NCBI GenBank assembly: GCA_012295275.1
Contig: CM022667.1
Coordinates: forward strand, 20,088,001 to 20,152,000
Reading direction: 5' to 3'
DNA from: Chrysomallon squamiferum
Taxonomy: Eukaryota; Animalia; Mollusca
DNA: 64,000 bases
The notes beneath the pieces were generated by a model, which searched no databases, had not been told where the DNA came from, and saw nothing but the letters and a program-made list of their open reading frames with translations. A program made the translations under genes and the position numbers. Shown piece by piece: positions 28,501 through 40,757 of this stretch; position 1 is the first letter of the stretch, and every line of letters starts with the position of its first letter.

Positions 28501-31500
28501 AAGATTTTAATTTAAAAAAAATTTAAATAAAGAAATAAAAATATTTTTTTTTTATTATTTAATGAAATTTATTATTTCCAAACCTTTTTCTTTAAACTTT
28601 TTATAATGTGCAGTTATTTATAAATAAAATTAAGTATAAATTCCTGTTTTGCAGGTGTGCCTCAAGGTTCAAAGCCCCCTCCTCTGACCATGCTCAGTCC
28701 GGCAGGGTCAAAGGTTACTCGTAATACTGCCACAGTGCCGCCGCTCAGCCAAGTGTCGCCCAGTAATGGGTTGACATCAGCCAGTGGTGACTCTGCTCTT
28801 AGTGCAACTAGGACTTCCAGTTTTGCAGCAGCACTTCGGAAATTAGCACATCAGGCAAAAGACCCTGTTGGTATGTTCAAATTGTCATTAAGAAAAAACA
28901 AATTCATGGACATTTTATCATAGTGTAGTAAAAAAAAAAAAAAAAAAAAAAAAAACGTAGAAATTAGAAATGATTGCTTAAAACAAATGGAAATCACTAT
29001 TTATATTGCATTTTATTAACTTAAAAGATGTTTTTGCTTACAGATGATGTTGGTGTAAAGCAGAGCCCACCAAATGCTGGAGTGAGTCCAAGGGCAACAA
29101 CTCCAAAACGAGCACCACCACCTCTCGTGTACACAAGTCAGTCGTCAAACCTGACGTCTCCACCTGTTGTGACCATTGCTCCTACTCAGACCCGCACCGC
29201 CCACCACAGCGACAGTCGACAGGTTTGTCTTAATATCATTGTTGTCTTATCACTTTGTCAGATGCAAAGATTTTAACTGAAACCAAGAAAATGTGGCTGA
29301 CATACACCATCTTGATCCTGGCTGATTGTTAAAATTATAATTTACCACTTGCCATACAAACTATGCAGTTGGGTTCCTTGTTTTTTTCCTTTTTCTTTTT
29401 CTTTTTTTTTCTATTTCTTTTTTTTTTCTTTTGCTTTTTTTCTTTGTTAGCTAATAGGTTTTTTTTTTTTTTTTTTTTACACAGTGATAGGGAAACAACA
29501 GTTCATATTTTGATTTATGTATTTTCCTTAGTGTACTAGGAAGAAGAAAATGATGTAAACAGTAAAAATGCCATAAAAAACCCCACAGAAACTAAATTTT
29601 TCATAGCTATTTGTAATATTAGTTTCACCAATCAGCTCACAGATGAGTATGTTTATGTAGACTGGTAACGCAGGCTGTTTTCTTCTGTTCAGGTTATTGA
29701 GCGTGTTCCGTCAGCTCACAGCACTTCATCATCTGTCTATGAATCACTGTCACTGAAACAAGAAAGAGATCAATGCCCTCTGTCATCACATTCTCGTGAT
29801 GATGACAGACTCTCGGGAAAAGATGTCACTCTGGGCCAGACATCTAGGATGTAAGTAGTTTACTCAGAAACAAAATTCATACTGAAATAATAATAACTGA
29901 ATAATTAAAAATATTAATAAAACTTGTAGACAAATGATTGGCTTATTAATATTTGACGCCTGTTCACAATGTTAAGAGAAAGAGAATTTTTATTGTAATT
30001 TTATTATTCAGATATGTCATTTCTAGATAAAAGTTATAACTAGCCATTTTTATTACTTATTACAAAGTTGTTGTTTTTGGTTTTTAAAGATGTTAAAAGC
30101 TGCTTAGAAATGTAAATATTAATGACCAGACTGTAATATAAATTTGTACTTTTTTTAATAAGCGTTTTATTCCACCCTAAGTTCAATTTAATTAAAACAT
30201 TTATGAACACCACAGCTAACAGTTTAATTAACAAAGAGGATGATACTAAATTGTCTTCATATTTCAGCATCACTCCTACAAACACCACAGTTTAATAAAT
30301 GAAGGATAATACTTAATTGTCTTTGTATTTTAACATGACTTCTATAAACATCACAGTTTAATTAACAAAGGATGATACTTAACTGTCTTTGTAGTTTTAA
30401 CACAACTCTTACAAACACCACAATTAGCAGTTTGATGAAGGCTGATATTTATTTGTTTTTAATATTTCAGCATGACTCCTCGATCAACTCCAGGTTCAGT
30501 TCCTGCTGCTAGTCGAGAAGAAAGTCTGATCCGAGGATTCCAGCCGTACAGAGCCGGAGACGAGATGAGACACGCGCTGCCACCTGGAGCCTTTGCCATG
30601 GACCCGGCGTACGCATACCATCCAGCCTTTTTACAACACCACCCATACTCACACCCAGCTTACAGGTAATTCTCACATTTACCTAGGTAAAAATAACAAA
30701 TAAAATGTGTTAGCTACCTCATAGTCATTATATTAATAGTAATTATAAGCAAACTGCTATGCAAAATAAATATTTGTATAAAACAGAATCTTGTTGAACA
30801 AAACTTCTAATTCAACTGGAATAAATGTAAGTTAGTAAAGCAGTGATATTAAACAAAACTTATGAAAAGTAATGCAATTCAAATAAATGTAAGTTATTAA
30901 AGCAGTGATATTGTGTACTGATTCTGGTTATTACATGTTATGATGCTGGCTCATTCTGCAGATTTGTTTATCTTTTATTTTAATTTTTGTTGTGTTTTAT
31001 TTTCAGATTTGAAGATCCTCTCATGTTGGAGCGCTATCGTTTGATGCAGCCACCGCTGTTGCCATTTTCACCTGCTGCGGGGATGTTGCCACACCCTAAT
31101 CTTCACCACCTGATAGCCAGCGGACATTACCCACCTGAACTTCTTCGTCAGCAGTACCCTTATCTGTCACCAAGTGCTCAGCCATTGGATCCAAGATCTC
31201 CATCTTTGTCTATAGATAGGTATGTTTTGTCAAAACTTTAAATTAGAATAGAATGTAATAGTTTGTTAATTCTCATAAATAATAACAGAATAGCGTTAAT
31301 TTCTCAGAATTTTGTTTTGTGAATATATTACATTTGTCCTCTGAAATTATTAATTCCTTGAATTAATTTGTAAATAAAATATAAAGCATTGTCCAGAGTA
31401 GTATTAAAAAAAGAATGTCTGAGGTATAGAGAAATAGTTAAATATTTTATTACTGTTTTTTAAATTTTAAATTTGCTGTTTCTTGTTAGATCTAGATCTG

Positions 31501-34500
31501 AGGAAGAAAGACAGAGGGAAATAGAGCGAGAGAGAGAACTTGAAAGAGAAAAGGAGAGGGAGAGGGAAAGAGAACATGAGGCAGAAGCTCAGAGAATGAG
31601 AGAACGTCAGAGAGAATTAGAGAAGGAAAAACAGAGACTGCTGGCGAGGCAGAGTGAATATTCCAGAGATTATTCACACAGAGAACTTGAGAAGCAGCGA
31701 CTTCTGGAATTTGCACAGGATCTGAGACATTCAGAACACTTGAGAGAAGCCAGCCAGAGTGAGTGGAACAGCGTGAGACATGATGACCATGCCAGAGAGG
31801 TTCTCACAGTTCCAGTGTTGCCTCACCACGAAAAATCCTCTAACAGAGCTGATGAATCAGGTTTGTTTTTAAACCTTGGAGTGTTTCTGAAACTGTGGTC
31901 ACTTTATCTTATTTCAGAAGATGCATTTTGATAAAGTGTTTTTTTTAATATATATATATATATATATTTGAAAATCAATCTAATTAGGTTTATTTAAAGA
32001 AAAGAAATCTATGCATTAAATACAGTTTCTTGCTTTTCTTACATTGTTAATGAATGGTTTTTAAAATAATGTATTTTTCTGCAGTCTATATTTTATTTGA
32101 TAGATGCTCATTTTCATTGTTTGTTCAAAAATAAAAACCTATCACTGTAATTACAAAAGATAATATTTAGAAGGCTTGATGTTGATTGTTAAATTATAAT
32201 TAATAAAGAGTGAATATTTGTTTTTCAGGGCCAAATTTTGGTTCTATAATTCAAGGCACTCCGCGAGATCGAGAATATTCAGAGAAATACAAAGATGAGT
32301 TCTCAGACACTTATAAGAAACTGAACAATTCAAGATGGCCAGAAAACCACAGAATGCTAAACAATGATTATTTGAAAAATAACTATCATCAGAAGGTAAA
32401 GCATATTTTATTATAAAGTGAATATTATAGAAATGCATAACATAATTAATTTTTAAGTGTATACTTATTTTTCTTTACTTTAATTTTATTTTGTTTCTTT
32501 GTGTGTGTGTGTTTGTGTGTGTGTGAATGTGTTTTTTTGTGTGTGTGTGTTAGAGAAATGCATGAGCATGTGTGGTTGATAGAGACAGATCATAAAATAA
32601 TTATTCTTTATAATAATGATATCACATTTTTTGTTTAAATTTATTTATTTATTTATTTATATGACTGATATATAAGAAATATAATTTAATCAACATTCAG
32701 AATGATAATTCATTAAGCACACTTTGGTTGTTTCCAGATACTAGAATCAGCTCAGGGTAGATACTACAGCAGCAATTCAGCTCCTACAGACCTCAGCCAG
32801 TCTTACCATGGGGAAAAGAGAAGTGAACATGAGAGAAGTGCAGTGCATGAGGAAAGGAGAACCCAGCCACCACCTCTTCTTTCTCCTAAAAGTCAGAGAG
32901 AGGCTAGTCGAAGAACCACAGATTTAATATTCCGACCTTTCGAAAAGGTTGGTCAGGCTGAACCATTAAACAGTTACAAGTACAGCAAATCCATACCCAG
33001 CTCAAAAACATCAGATCTGTTAGTCCCAGTTTACCGATCATCTGTTGAAGCTGAGAACAGCAGTGACGCGAGAGACACTAAGGAACATCCACTGAACAAA
33101 CACAGTGATTCCGCTCAAAAAGTGGACAGTGCTAAAGACTACAGCAGAAAACAACCGAAAATTTCCGTGAACAATAACATTGCCTACAGCAACCATCACG
33201 TCGAGTGCTTCAATTTCAAAAGCCTCGCGATGGAGAAAGGAAATCATCATGCAGAACAAAAAACAGACGTTGTTGCTGTGTCTCGTGCTTCTTCTTTTCA
33301 CGATGAAAAATTCATTCCAGCTGTACCCGAGGTGAAGAGTGAGTTGGATGCGAGAGAAGAGAAGCTGAAGGAGTCGCGGCTGAACGGGACGTACTTCAGT
33401 GACGTGGAGGACGAGCTGTCTGATGACGAGGAAGAACGGGTCACTCAGAGGTGTCTGATGGTCACCAAGGGCCCACCACTCCCGCTTGAACTGACAGTGC
33501 CTAAAATAAAACTGTTCCGCTATCTGGGTCTCGTGTCACAAAATAGGAGAAAAGGTAAGTCTTCGTTTAGATTAGCCACTTTTGGAAGCTGGGATTCTAA
33601 AGATAAACTAGATAATAAAATCTGAAGACTTATAAATATAAACAGATATGGTTTGTGAAAGTTAAGTTTCTGTTTTAGATGGCAAATGTATGTGGTAAAC
33701 TTATCTGAAAATCACATCAAATTAATTTGTAAACATAAATGTTCAAAAAAATATTAATATTTTCAAGATTTAAACAGTATTTTGATAAATCCAGACATAT
33801 TTAAGATGGTAATGAAACAACATTAAGAACAAGTTAAAATGAGGCGAGCTTTGTTTAGAAAAAGTCTTTACAATGATAATGTAACAACATAATAAATGAC
33901 TATATACTAGTTAAAACAGTGTGATCTAAGTAAATGTATCTTGTACTTCAGACATACTGTTTGAGAGGTTCAGAAAGCGGAGGAGGTTGCATCGTGAAAG
34001 AAGTGTTAGTCCTGTGGAGGTTGAAGAAGACACTCGTACTCCAGTTCTGGGTATGCGCACATACGATCCAGACACCTTGTGTCTTGGGGTTGATTATCAG
34101 GACAAGTGTTCCTACCTGATCAGCCTGTCCCTCATGCCTGTTGGCAAGGACAGTCAGAAAGGTGGGTGTGGCTTGCTTGAGGGGAAAGCTTGCTCACCCC
34201 TTCTGTCGCACTCTGTTCTCTTAATTTTATTTATTCCTTCCTTTTTTTGTGTTTGTATCTAAAGTACATACATGTTCTCTATGCTGATAAGCAGTGATTT
34301 CTTTATTTCACTTTTGGAAGAAAGTCTGTGCTATTTTGGGAGATCCTGACCATCATAATCTTTTCATATGTTTTGTGTTTTAATTCTGATAATTTAAGAA
34401 AGCTGTATTATGTTAATATTTAAAAGTGATAATTTGCAGTTTCTCATGGTACTGGAATTAAACGTGGTTGATGTGAACATATTTGTTTTGCTTGCTCTCT

Positions 34501-37030
34501 CTATCTCACTTTTTGTTTGGTTTCTTTTCAAACTTTTGTAGAAAGTAGTTTTAGTCATTTTTACTCTTTTAGAAAGAAAATTACAATCTTTTGTTTTAAT
34601 TGCTTTTTTGCACTTCATAACACTTTCTGTTATATAAGTCTAGTTCTTTTGAAATATATATATATATTAATACTTTTAATAATAATACAATTAGCTGAAG
34701 ATTATTTGGATGTTCTGCCCACAACAAATAATTACACTAGTGTATCATGAAATCACATACTGATCTAAAAATGCAGAAAGAATGAAATGTGTGTAATTTA
34801 TTGACAGAGCTGGAACACATCCGTGTTGTTTGTGAAGAGGAGAAGCGAAAGCGTCTGTCTCAGTTTGAACAGCGAGGACCATGGAATGGAGACTTGTCTA
34901 AAGGACTTGGAGAAACTGGTAAATATTTCTTTAAAATTACAATCTGTTCTTAGTGAACCAGTTTCATTAATCTGCTTATGTAGCACTCTGTATGTTAATT
35001 TTACTTGTCGTTTGTTAGAAATAGGTAAGCAACAATAGTTTATGATGTTTCGTGACAACCCCAGTGAACTTCAGACAGGTATATCAGCTTTTGCTGAAAT
35101 ACTGACATTCAAAGGAGTTTTTAATCCATATCATAATAAAACAGTGATTATTCTCTGTAATGGATCAAGAGCAAAATACATTTTGTTTATATCTCAGTAT
35201 AATATGATGATAAAGTTGTCACTGTAGGTTCAGGGTAAGTCAAAATTGTCACTAACAGTACTCTAGCAGTTAATTATTTTACAAAATGTTTTATTTATTT
35301 ATTGATGGTTTCATAAACTGTCACACTGATAGTAACTGAGATTTTCAACTTTTTAAGTATTTAAATCATCTTCCTGATTTGTTAGTAGTGTGTTACATAT
35401 ACTTCATTTAATTTATTTTTTTATTTTTTTCTGTGTAATGAAATATTAATTTCATAATGTTTATGATTTCTGATTTTTTACTTTTTTTTGTCAGATTCTC
35501 ATGGAGTGAAACGCAAGTTTGATGAACTAGACTCATCATCAGCGTCGTCAAGATCTGATCAGCTGGACACACCCAAAATAACTCTCAGCCAGCTCCAGGA
35601 ACGACATCTGGCAGCACGGCAGAAACTCACCTCTGCCACAAGTCATCTGAAATCAAGTGCTTTTGTCTTTCCTGAAAGCAGGGATCGTGAGAGACACCTC
35701 AGTCGAGAGTTCGTGGAACAGTTCCACGAATCTGTTCTTCAGTCCACTAGACAAAAAGAACTATCAGACAGATTAGGTAACATTTAAAAAAAAAACATTT
35801 TAACCCCTCCTTCATCTATCACATTAAAACATACACATATTGCCTGATTTAACCACATACAACTTACTGACAAATGACAAACTTCATAAATATATATTTA
35901 ATATTTTTAATCTTCTTTCCATGTTCTTATCCTCTGACAGGCAGCTTAAGTTCCAGATCTGATGACAGCTCAAGAACCCATGAACAAACCACAAACAGTT
36001 CTTTACCCAGGAATCACTCATCCAGTGCCACACCCAGCTCATCAACCCACTACCCACAATGCTCAGACAGCAGAACCACGAAATGGCCAGGTGTTGAGGC
36101 TCTCATGGAATCATATCACATTTATCTTCAAGGTGAGAGCAACATGCTGAAATTTTACCTTACAATATTTCTTTTGAAGTATTTTATGCAGACAAACAGC
36201 GAGATAATTTTAAATAATAATAATAATAATAAGATAGTTTTACTGAAAAATGGAGAGAATGTACCCAAACTGATCACTTTGTACACTTTATTTTTTATTT
36301 TTGTTTTCACTTACAGATCAGAAATTAGAAAAACAAATTTTGCTGGAGCGTTGCCGATGGTTACAATCTGATAACAGGGAACTGAATAAAAATGCAGAAA
36401 GACTGAGTCATCGAATGTCGGTATGTATATAAAACAGTTTTAAATATTATGTATTTGTTCAGATTTATCATATTAATTTCTCTTAGTATTTCAAAGTGTT
36501 ATAATCTATATTGTTTACTTTAGAATTGTAACAATTCATAATTTTGTTGTTAAGAAAAATTATCAATTTAAATTTACTTTATTGACATTCTTTGTGCTGA
36601 AACCAACTACAGAGGTGGTTCACACAAATTAGCAGAATAACATGAGTAACTGGTATGTTTAGTAATTTTGTTGGAGGGGGTTATTTTGAGTTAAACAATA
36701 ATTTTTGTACCATCTGCTATCTTAATTCCACATATAAAGTTACAAAAAATTGGACAGGTACATAAACAATCAACTTTCAACCAAAAAAATAATAAGTGAT
36801 TCAGAAACTCCTTACAAGTCATTAGTGTGTGGTTGCTGATGGGTCAAACAGAAATTTGGCTTTGTTTCAAACGTGAGCATGAAGGTGATGATGTGCGAGC
36901 TGTGTGGATTTTGTGTGCATTACTCAGTTACGAATGCATAGTGGGTCATGTGTTTGTGATGTTTTGTTTGATTTTAATGCTCTGTAAATTATTAAGCAAT
37001 TTTACACATACATATGTGCACGCGCGTGCG

Positions 37031-37074
<44 letters not shown>

Positions 37075-37256
37075 TATATACATACAATAAAATATATTTA
37101 TTGAATAAAACCAGAAAATAAAAAAATTTATAAAATATTGTTTATTGTTTTTAATTTCAGACTTTATTGGATGCAAAACGGAGATCTGACGAAGAGAGAA
37201 ATATTACCCAGAATGCAATAGACAATTTGAAACGAAGCATAAAGCACATGAGGTGA
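3..37256 (+). CDS. GSE1: Genetic suppressor element 1 (GSE1) homolog, long isoform, 5'-partial; 16 coding exons in window, >1750 aa
   Basis: Exons 3-1877, 4335-4410, 28655-28870, 29044-29222, 29693-29850, 30471-30665, 31007-31219, 31490-31860, 32229-32395, 32738-33554, 33952-34161, 34808-34918, 35495-35776, 35941-36132, 36317-36420, 37161-37256. All junctions are GT-AG and phase-compatible. GSE1 motifs: SSFAAALRKLAHQA, TPKR, PPVVTIAPT, RGFQPY, RE repeats, RKRRRLHRERSVSP, FVEQFHESVLQST, KWPGVEALMESY and a C-terminal coiled coil. Linking the first two exons to the rest relies on phase compatibility. Confidence 0.85.
4335..4410 (+). CDS. GSE1: GSE1 linker exon (EGDEVRIKAMEEDYVTDMSKTADTS)
   Basis: Acceptor ttcaaacag, donor A|gtaagt; 76 nt, phase 0 in and phase 1 out, fitting both neighbouring exons. 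Confidence 0.8.
5258..5295 (+). repeat. (AC)n microsatellite
   Basis: Direct. Confidence 0.95.
6728..6964. repeat. Inverted repeat / foldback, ~94-bp arms with ~48-bp spacer
   Basis: 6728-6822 (cacttttt acacaatttccccctcaatt...gcctctatgtgtat...taagtata) is the near reverse complement of 6871-6964. Confidence 0.92.
10500..11642 (+). promoter_or_regulatory. Candidate internal promoter and 5' UTR for the short GSE1 isoform
   Basis: Complex, less AT-rich block upstream of the exon at 11643. CCAAT at ~11008, ATTGG at ~11029, Inr-like TTAGTT at 11114; uORFs at 11504-11575 and 11614-11643. Confidence 0.4.
11643..11742 (+). CDS. GSE1: Putative alternative first coding exon of GSE1 (MKTNMSLNNIYPGNLSSFLFPPYTAVPPYYGFQ-G); short isoform ~1136 aa
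   Basis: In-frame upstream stop at 11604 and ATG at 11643. Strong donor AAG|gtgaga, phase 1, matching the acceptor at 28655. Lies at the end of a ~1.2-kb less AT-rich block. Confidence 0.6.
12609..12650 (+). repeat. (AC)n microsatellite
   Basis: Direct. Confidence 0.95.
13018..13097 (+). repeat. Compound (TATG)n-(TG)n-(TA)n microsatellite
   Basis: Direct. Confidence 0.9.
13652..13774 (+). repeat. Compound (AATTAT)n-(AAT)n-(ATT)n microsatellite
   Basis: Direct. Confidence 0.95.
18659..18709 (+). repeat. (ATT)n microsatellite
   Basis: Direct. Confidence 0.93.
28655..28870 (+). CDS. GSE1: GSE1 exon (SSFAAALRKLAHQAKDP motif)
   Basis: tttgcag acceptor, G|gtatgt donor; conserved GSE1 N-terminal motif. 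Confidence 0.93.
29044..29222 (+). CDS. GSE1: GSE1 exon (TPKR...PPVVTIAPT)
   Basis: cttacag acceptor, CAG|gtttgt donor; conserved motif. Confidence 0.92.
29693..29850 (+). CDS. GSE1: GSE1 exon (VIERVPSAH...GQTSR)
   Basis: tgttcag acceptor, AT|gtaagt donor; open frame, phase 0 to 2. Confidence 0.85.
30206..30480 (+). repeat. Degenerate tandem repeat, 4 units of ~66-75 bp, ending in a GSE1 splice acceptor
   Basis: Recurring aacaccacag..tttaat..aaggatgatact..ttgtct..tatttc(a)gcatgactcct. Confidence 0.85.
30471..30665 (+). CDS. GSE1: GSE1 exon (REESLIRGFQPY...HPAYR)
   Basis: tttcag acceptor, AG|gtaatt donor; resembles vertebrate EDYLRSFRPY...HPAFR. Confidence 0.92.
31007..31219 (+). CDS. GSE1: GSE1 exon (Pro/His-rich, HYPPEL)
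   Basis: tttcag acceptor, AG|gtatgt donor. Confidence 0.9.
31490..31860 (+). CDS. GSE1: GSE1 exon with RE-dipeptide coiled coil
   Basis: tgttag acceptor (an in-frame tandem AG also at 31495), G|gtttgt donor; ERERELEREKERERE. Confidence 0.9.
32229..32395 (+). CDS. GSE1: GSE1 exon (GSIIQGTPR)
   Basis: tttcag acceptor, AAG|gtaaag donor. Confidence 0.87.
32738..33554 (+). CDS. GSE1: GSE1 large central exon (PPPLLSPK, KGPPLPLE..KIKLFRYLGL)
   Basis: ttccag acceptor, G|gtaagt donor; open frame of 817 nt. Confidence 0.9.
33952..34161 (+). CDS. GSE1: GSE1 exon (RKRRRLHRERSVSP, NLS-like)
   Basis: cttcag acceptor, G|gtgggt donor; matches vertebrate KRRRMLRERSPSP. Confidence 0.9.
34808..34918 (+). 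CDS. GSE1: GSE1 exon (LEHIRVVCEEEKRKR)
   Basis: tgacag acceptor, G|gtaaat donor; 111 nt, phase 1 to 1. Confidence 0.85.
35495..35776 (+). CDS. GSE1: GSE1 exon (FVEQFHESVLQSTRQ)
   Basis: tgtcag acceptor, G|gtaaca donor; conserved GSE1 motif. Confidence 0.92.
35941..36132 (+). CDS. GSE1: GSE1 exon (KWPGVEALMESY)
   Basis: tgacag acceptor, G|gtgaga donor. Confidence 0.92.
36317..36420 (+). CDS. GSE1: GSE1 C-terminal coiled-coil exon (QKLEKQILLERCRWLQ)
   Basis: ttacag acceptor, TCG|gtatgt donor; resembles vertebrate EQNLERQVLQTQCRRLE. Confidence 0.92.
37005..37086 (+). repeat. Alternating purine-pyrimidine tract with (CA)n
   Basis: acacatacatatgtgcacgcgcgtgcgcacgca(ca)n. Confidence 0.9.
37161..37256 (+). 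CDS. GSE1: GSE1 last coding exon, stop TGA 37254-37256
   Basis: tttcag acceptor; TLLDAKRRSDEERNITQNAIDNLKRSIKHMR*. Confidence 0.88.
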   Translation, partial: TLLDAKRRSDEERNITQNAIDNLKRSIKHMR

Positions 37257-38117
37257 TACATAACAGAGACGTTGCCACATGATTGCTTGGAAAACCTGTG
37301 TTGAATAACAAGTTTCCGATTTATTAGTGGATTAAAATGCATTACATTTTCAGTCATTCAGACACTGTACAGACACACAGACAGACAGAAGTGAATGTTG
37401 CAACAAAAACAAGCTGCATTTGGTTAGTGTGAAAATAAGTCCCCACAATAAAAATGGATCTTTATTTCATGCAGTAAGAAAACAGCCTGGATTGGACAGT
37501 GGATATCAAAATGTTAATTATAAGGAAACAAAGCAGATTTGATGTTGATTCAGAACTGTGTTCATCATGTGGCATTGTTTAAATGTGGCTCAACAAGGAT
37601 CTAAATGCTGTCTTTAAACTGATATTTATTAAATTCTGCCCATCATCTCACTCTAAATCATGATCTCTATTATGAATCCACTGTGTACATGGACACAAAA
37701 GTCACCATCAAAGAACAGTTTCAGAATTTAAACACTTTACTTTTTAGTGGTTTACGTTATACATACATGTACGAAGATTGTTTATGTCTTTTTATATGAA
37801 GTTATTTGCTTTGTAAGTTGAGCTTTTGGCACCATAAATTATTATTACAAGATATGTTTGCGCAATTTTTCAACTCTATGAATATATCATTTCACAAATG
37901 TTGTTATCATATTAAGATTTGTGTTCAGCATCTCCATCAATAAAATATTAAAATACTGTGGTAAGTCTCATTTCATCAACCTCAGGATTAAGTAAAATAA
38001 CCACTTTTTGTAAAAATCTTACTTTATTTCTTCTTTCTTTTTAAAAACTCATTCTGTATGTAATATGTTTGTCATTAAATACATTATATAGAAAAAAATA
38101 CATAATAAACCCCAAAG

Positions 38118-38157
<40 letters not shown>

Positions 38158-39163
38158 GGGGCCTTAATTACCTTGCTTGTCTGAAAACATTGCACATAAA
38201 AAGAATTAATACAGAATAAATAAATTTAATTTTAAGTTTTCTTTCCACTGCTTTATATTTTTTATTTTTCCATAAAGTTCTGATTTTAAATGCACACAGC
38301 AGGCAGTATTTATACAGCATGTATTTATAAAAGTTACTTGAAATCTAGTTTTCATGCAATTGCCTGAGAAAGTGAACCAACTTAAAGGCCGATTACTTTT
38401 GTATTTGTGATTAGTTTTTGTCATGTGATCAGTTACACAGCCTATCTGTGATGATATGTGGCCTTCTCATGTTGTGTACCATTCTGTGCGATTTTTCACT
38501 TATAGCTGTTTTTAATCTTTAGGTAGAATGACAAAAAACCTAATACTCATTGTTTGGAACAGTGAAACTGAGATGGAGTTGTATCATTAAAATATTTACT
38601 TCATCAACGAAAATTATTATATTTCACTTGAAATTTACTTTTTGTCTGAAACTAGAAAAAAAAATAAAGTTCAATGCTGTATTGCAAAGTAAGACAAATG
38701 TTAATGTCCATATAGGGAATCATCTTTTTTTTATTTTTTTTTTTTTTAACTGTTTGTTTATTTATTTATTTATTTTTCAAAATTAATGGATTTAGGTCAA
38801 GTAAAAAAATTTAATAAAATTATTGTGTTCATTTATTTTTCTGCCATGACATTAGTTGCTCTCCAGTCTTTAGATAAACAGGCCAGAGCATTTTTACACT
38901 TAAAGAAATGAAATTTCAGATGTTACAATATCTTGGCCATTTAACTTTTAAAAAGTTAATACAGCTGGATAATCTTGAACAGATTATTAGTGAAGTTAAC
39001 TCTAAGTAAAGGTTTAAGATTCATTTTTGTGTAAAATTACTAAATAATGTACAGAGAAAATGGCTGTGTGAAGGCCAATACATGTATGTTTATATATTTG
39101 TAAGAATTGAATTACTGCTTCAGTAAAGCAGTATATGTGAATCTGTTTAAAATCTGTCTCGTG

Positions 39164-39169
39164 AATAAA
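39164..39169 (+). terminator. Candidate distal poly(A) signal of GSE1 (3' UTR ~1.9 kb)
   Basis: AATAAA followed by a T/GT-rich stretch; several more proximal AATAAA hexamers also exist. Confidence 0.35.
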
Positions 39170-40637
39170 CCCAAATGTTAAAGATTTTCTTTGTTTACTC
39201 GTTATATTGTTTCAGTTTTCTCTACAAAGATAAATAGACTGCACTGTTCATAACTTTATTTATTGCTGATTTTTGTTTGTGTTTTTTTTTTTTTTGTTGT
39301 GAAATAGCCTTTTTGAATTTGTAGCAAAATTACAATTTTTTTTATTCCTCCAACTAGAGAAAAGACAAAACTAAAACCAAAAAACAAAACACAACATTCT
39401 GGTACAATACAAGAAGTAGCTAAAAGATTGGAGCTACAGAATTTATAGTTTGGATTACTTTAGGAGCATTTTCTTACAAACTAGTAAAAGTGTAATTTTT
39501 CATATATATAGCATCAACTTCAATGTTCTACAAAATCTATTATCAAACTTACAACCTTCAAATTTTATGAATTTATTAATCATAAAAGTTTTGAAATTAA
39601 TTGTGGGAAATATCATGACTGGAAATAACCAGTTTATTGAGTGTCTTACAGATGGTATTTTTGTTGACAATTTCTCTTTCTCTACTTGTTTAAATAAACA
39701 ATATTAAGCCATTTGACAAGTTTTTAAGGTGAAAAATAATATTGGAAATGAATTCTGTAGATCCCTACACAAAAAAAATCCTAAAACTGCAGCTGTGACA
39801 CAAAGAATTGATTTGATATAAAGTTTCCTCTAACATTTTCAGAAAAACTACAGCTATAATCTATAATGTACACAATGACATTACAACTCTTCTCAATGGG
39901 TAAAACAGAAACATTCAAATGTTTACTTTATTTTCAGTGATTGGTTTGCCCAGAACAATTAACTTGGATGTAAAAGAATTTTAGTAGACTGTTCATTTAC
40001 ATCTGTTAGGTACATTTTTAAAAATTCTGTTAGTAAATGATGACAATAATAATTAAGCCATTTTCAAACAAAAAGGTAGTTCTGAATGTTTTGATTTGTT
40101 TAGTGTAAAATTTTCAAGAAATTTTATTTTAACAATAAATGAAAATAACAAATAAAAACAAGCAATATTAATTTATAATTATTTTATTTTTATAACAAAT
40201 TTGAAATTCATATTCATTTAATAACATAGCAAATGAACTAATGTTATTATGGCACTGAAATAAATATGCTGTTTGTGAAACTATAAGTGTGTGACACAAA
40301 GAAAAGAATAAACTAATGAAGAAAGGTCAATCCAGTAACAGAAAAGGTGTTAGCAAGATTTCTACATTTTTCACAGAGGGTGCTTCCCAAAACTACCAGA
40401 ATTTACTACAGCATAACACTACATTGTCAAACTGTCATTTTTATGTCCATACATTTCTAACACCATCTTAGTGATCTGATACCTACAATAAATACACATT
40501 GTTTTGGGATATCTTATAAAGTTATGTAATTTGCACCATGAAATATTTCTTTGATGATTATAAAATATTTATGAATAGTAATATATTTAAGTTAAACACA
40601 AGATAAATTTTATATTAATCTCTTTTTCATCAGGTAA

Positions 40638-40757
40638 CTAGTTCTGTGTCATCTGGACACCACCACTAATATTTGTCCTTAAAATAAAAATGTGATCCAA
40701 AGCTTTACTGAGAAATGGCCTCACTGTGTTAATCTCCATCAGCGTTAAGAAATTCAG
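40638..40757 (-). CDS. GINS2: GINS2 exon 5 (to stop)
   Basis: ttttcag acceptor; [22 protein letters not shown]...*. Confidence 0.95.
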   Translation of the reverse strand: MNFLTLMEINTVRPFLSKALDHIFILRTNISGGVQMTQN

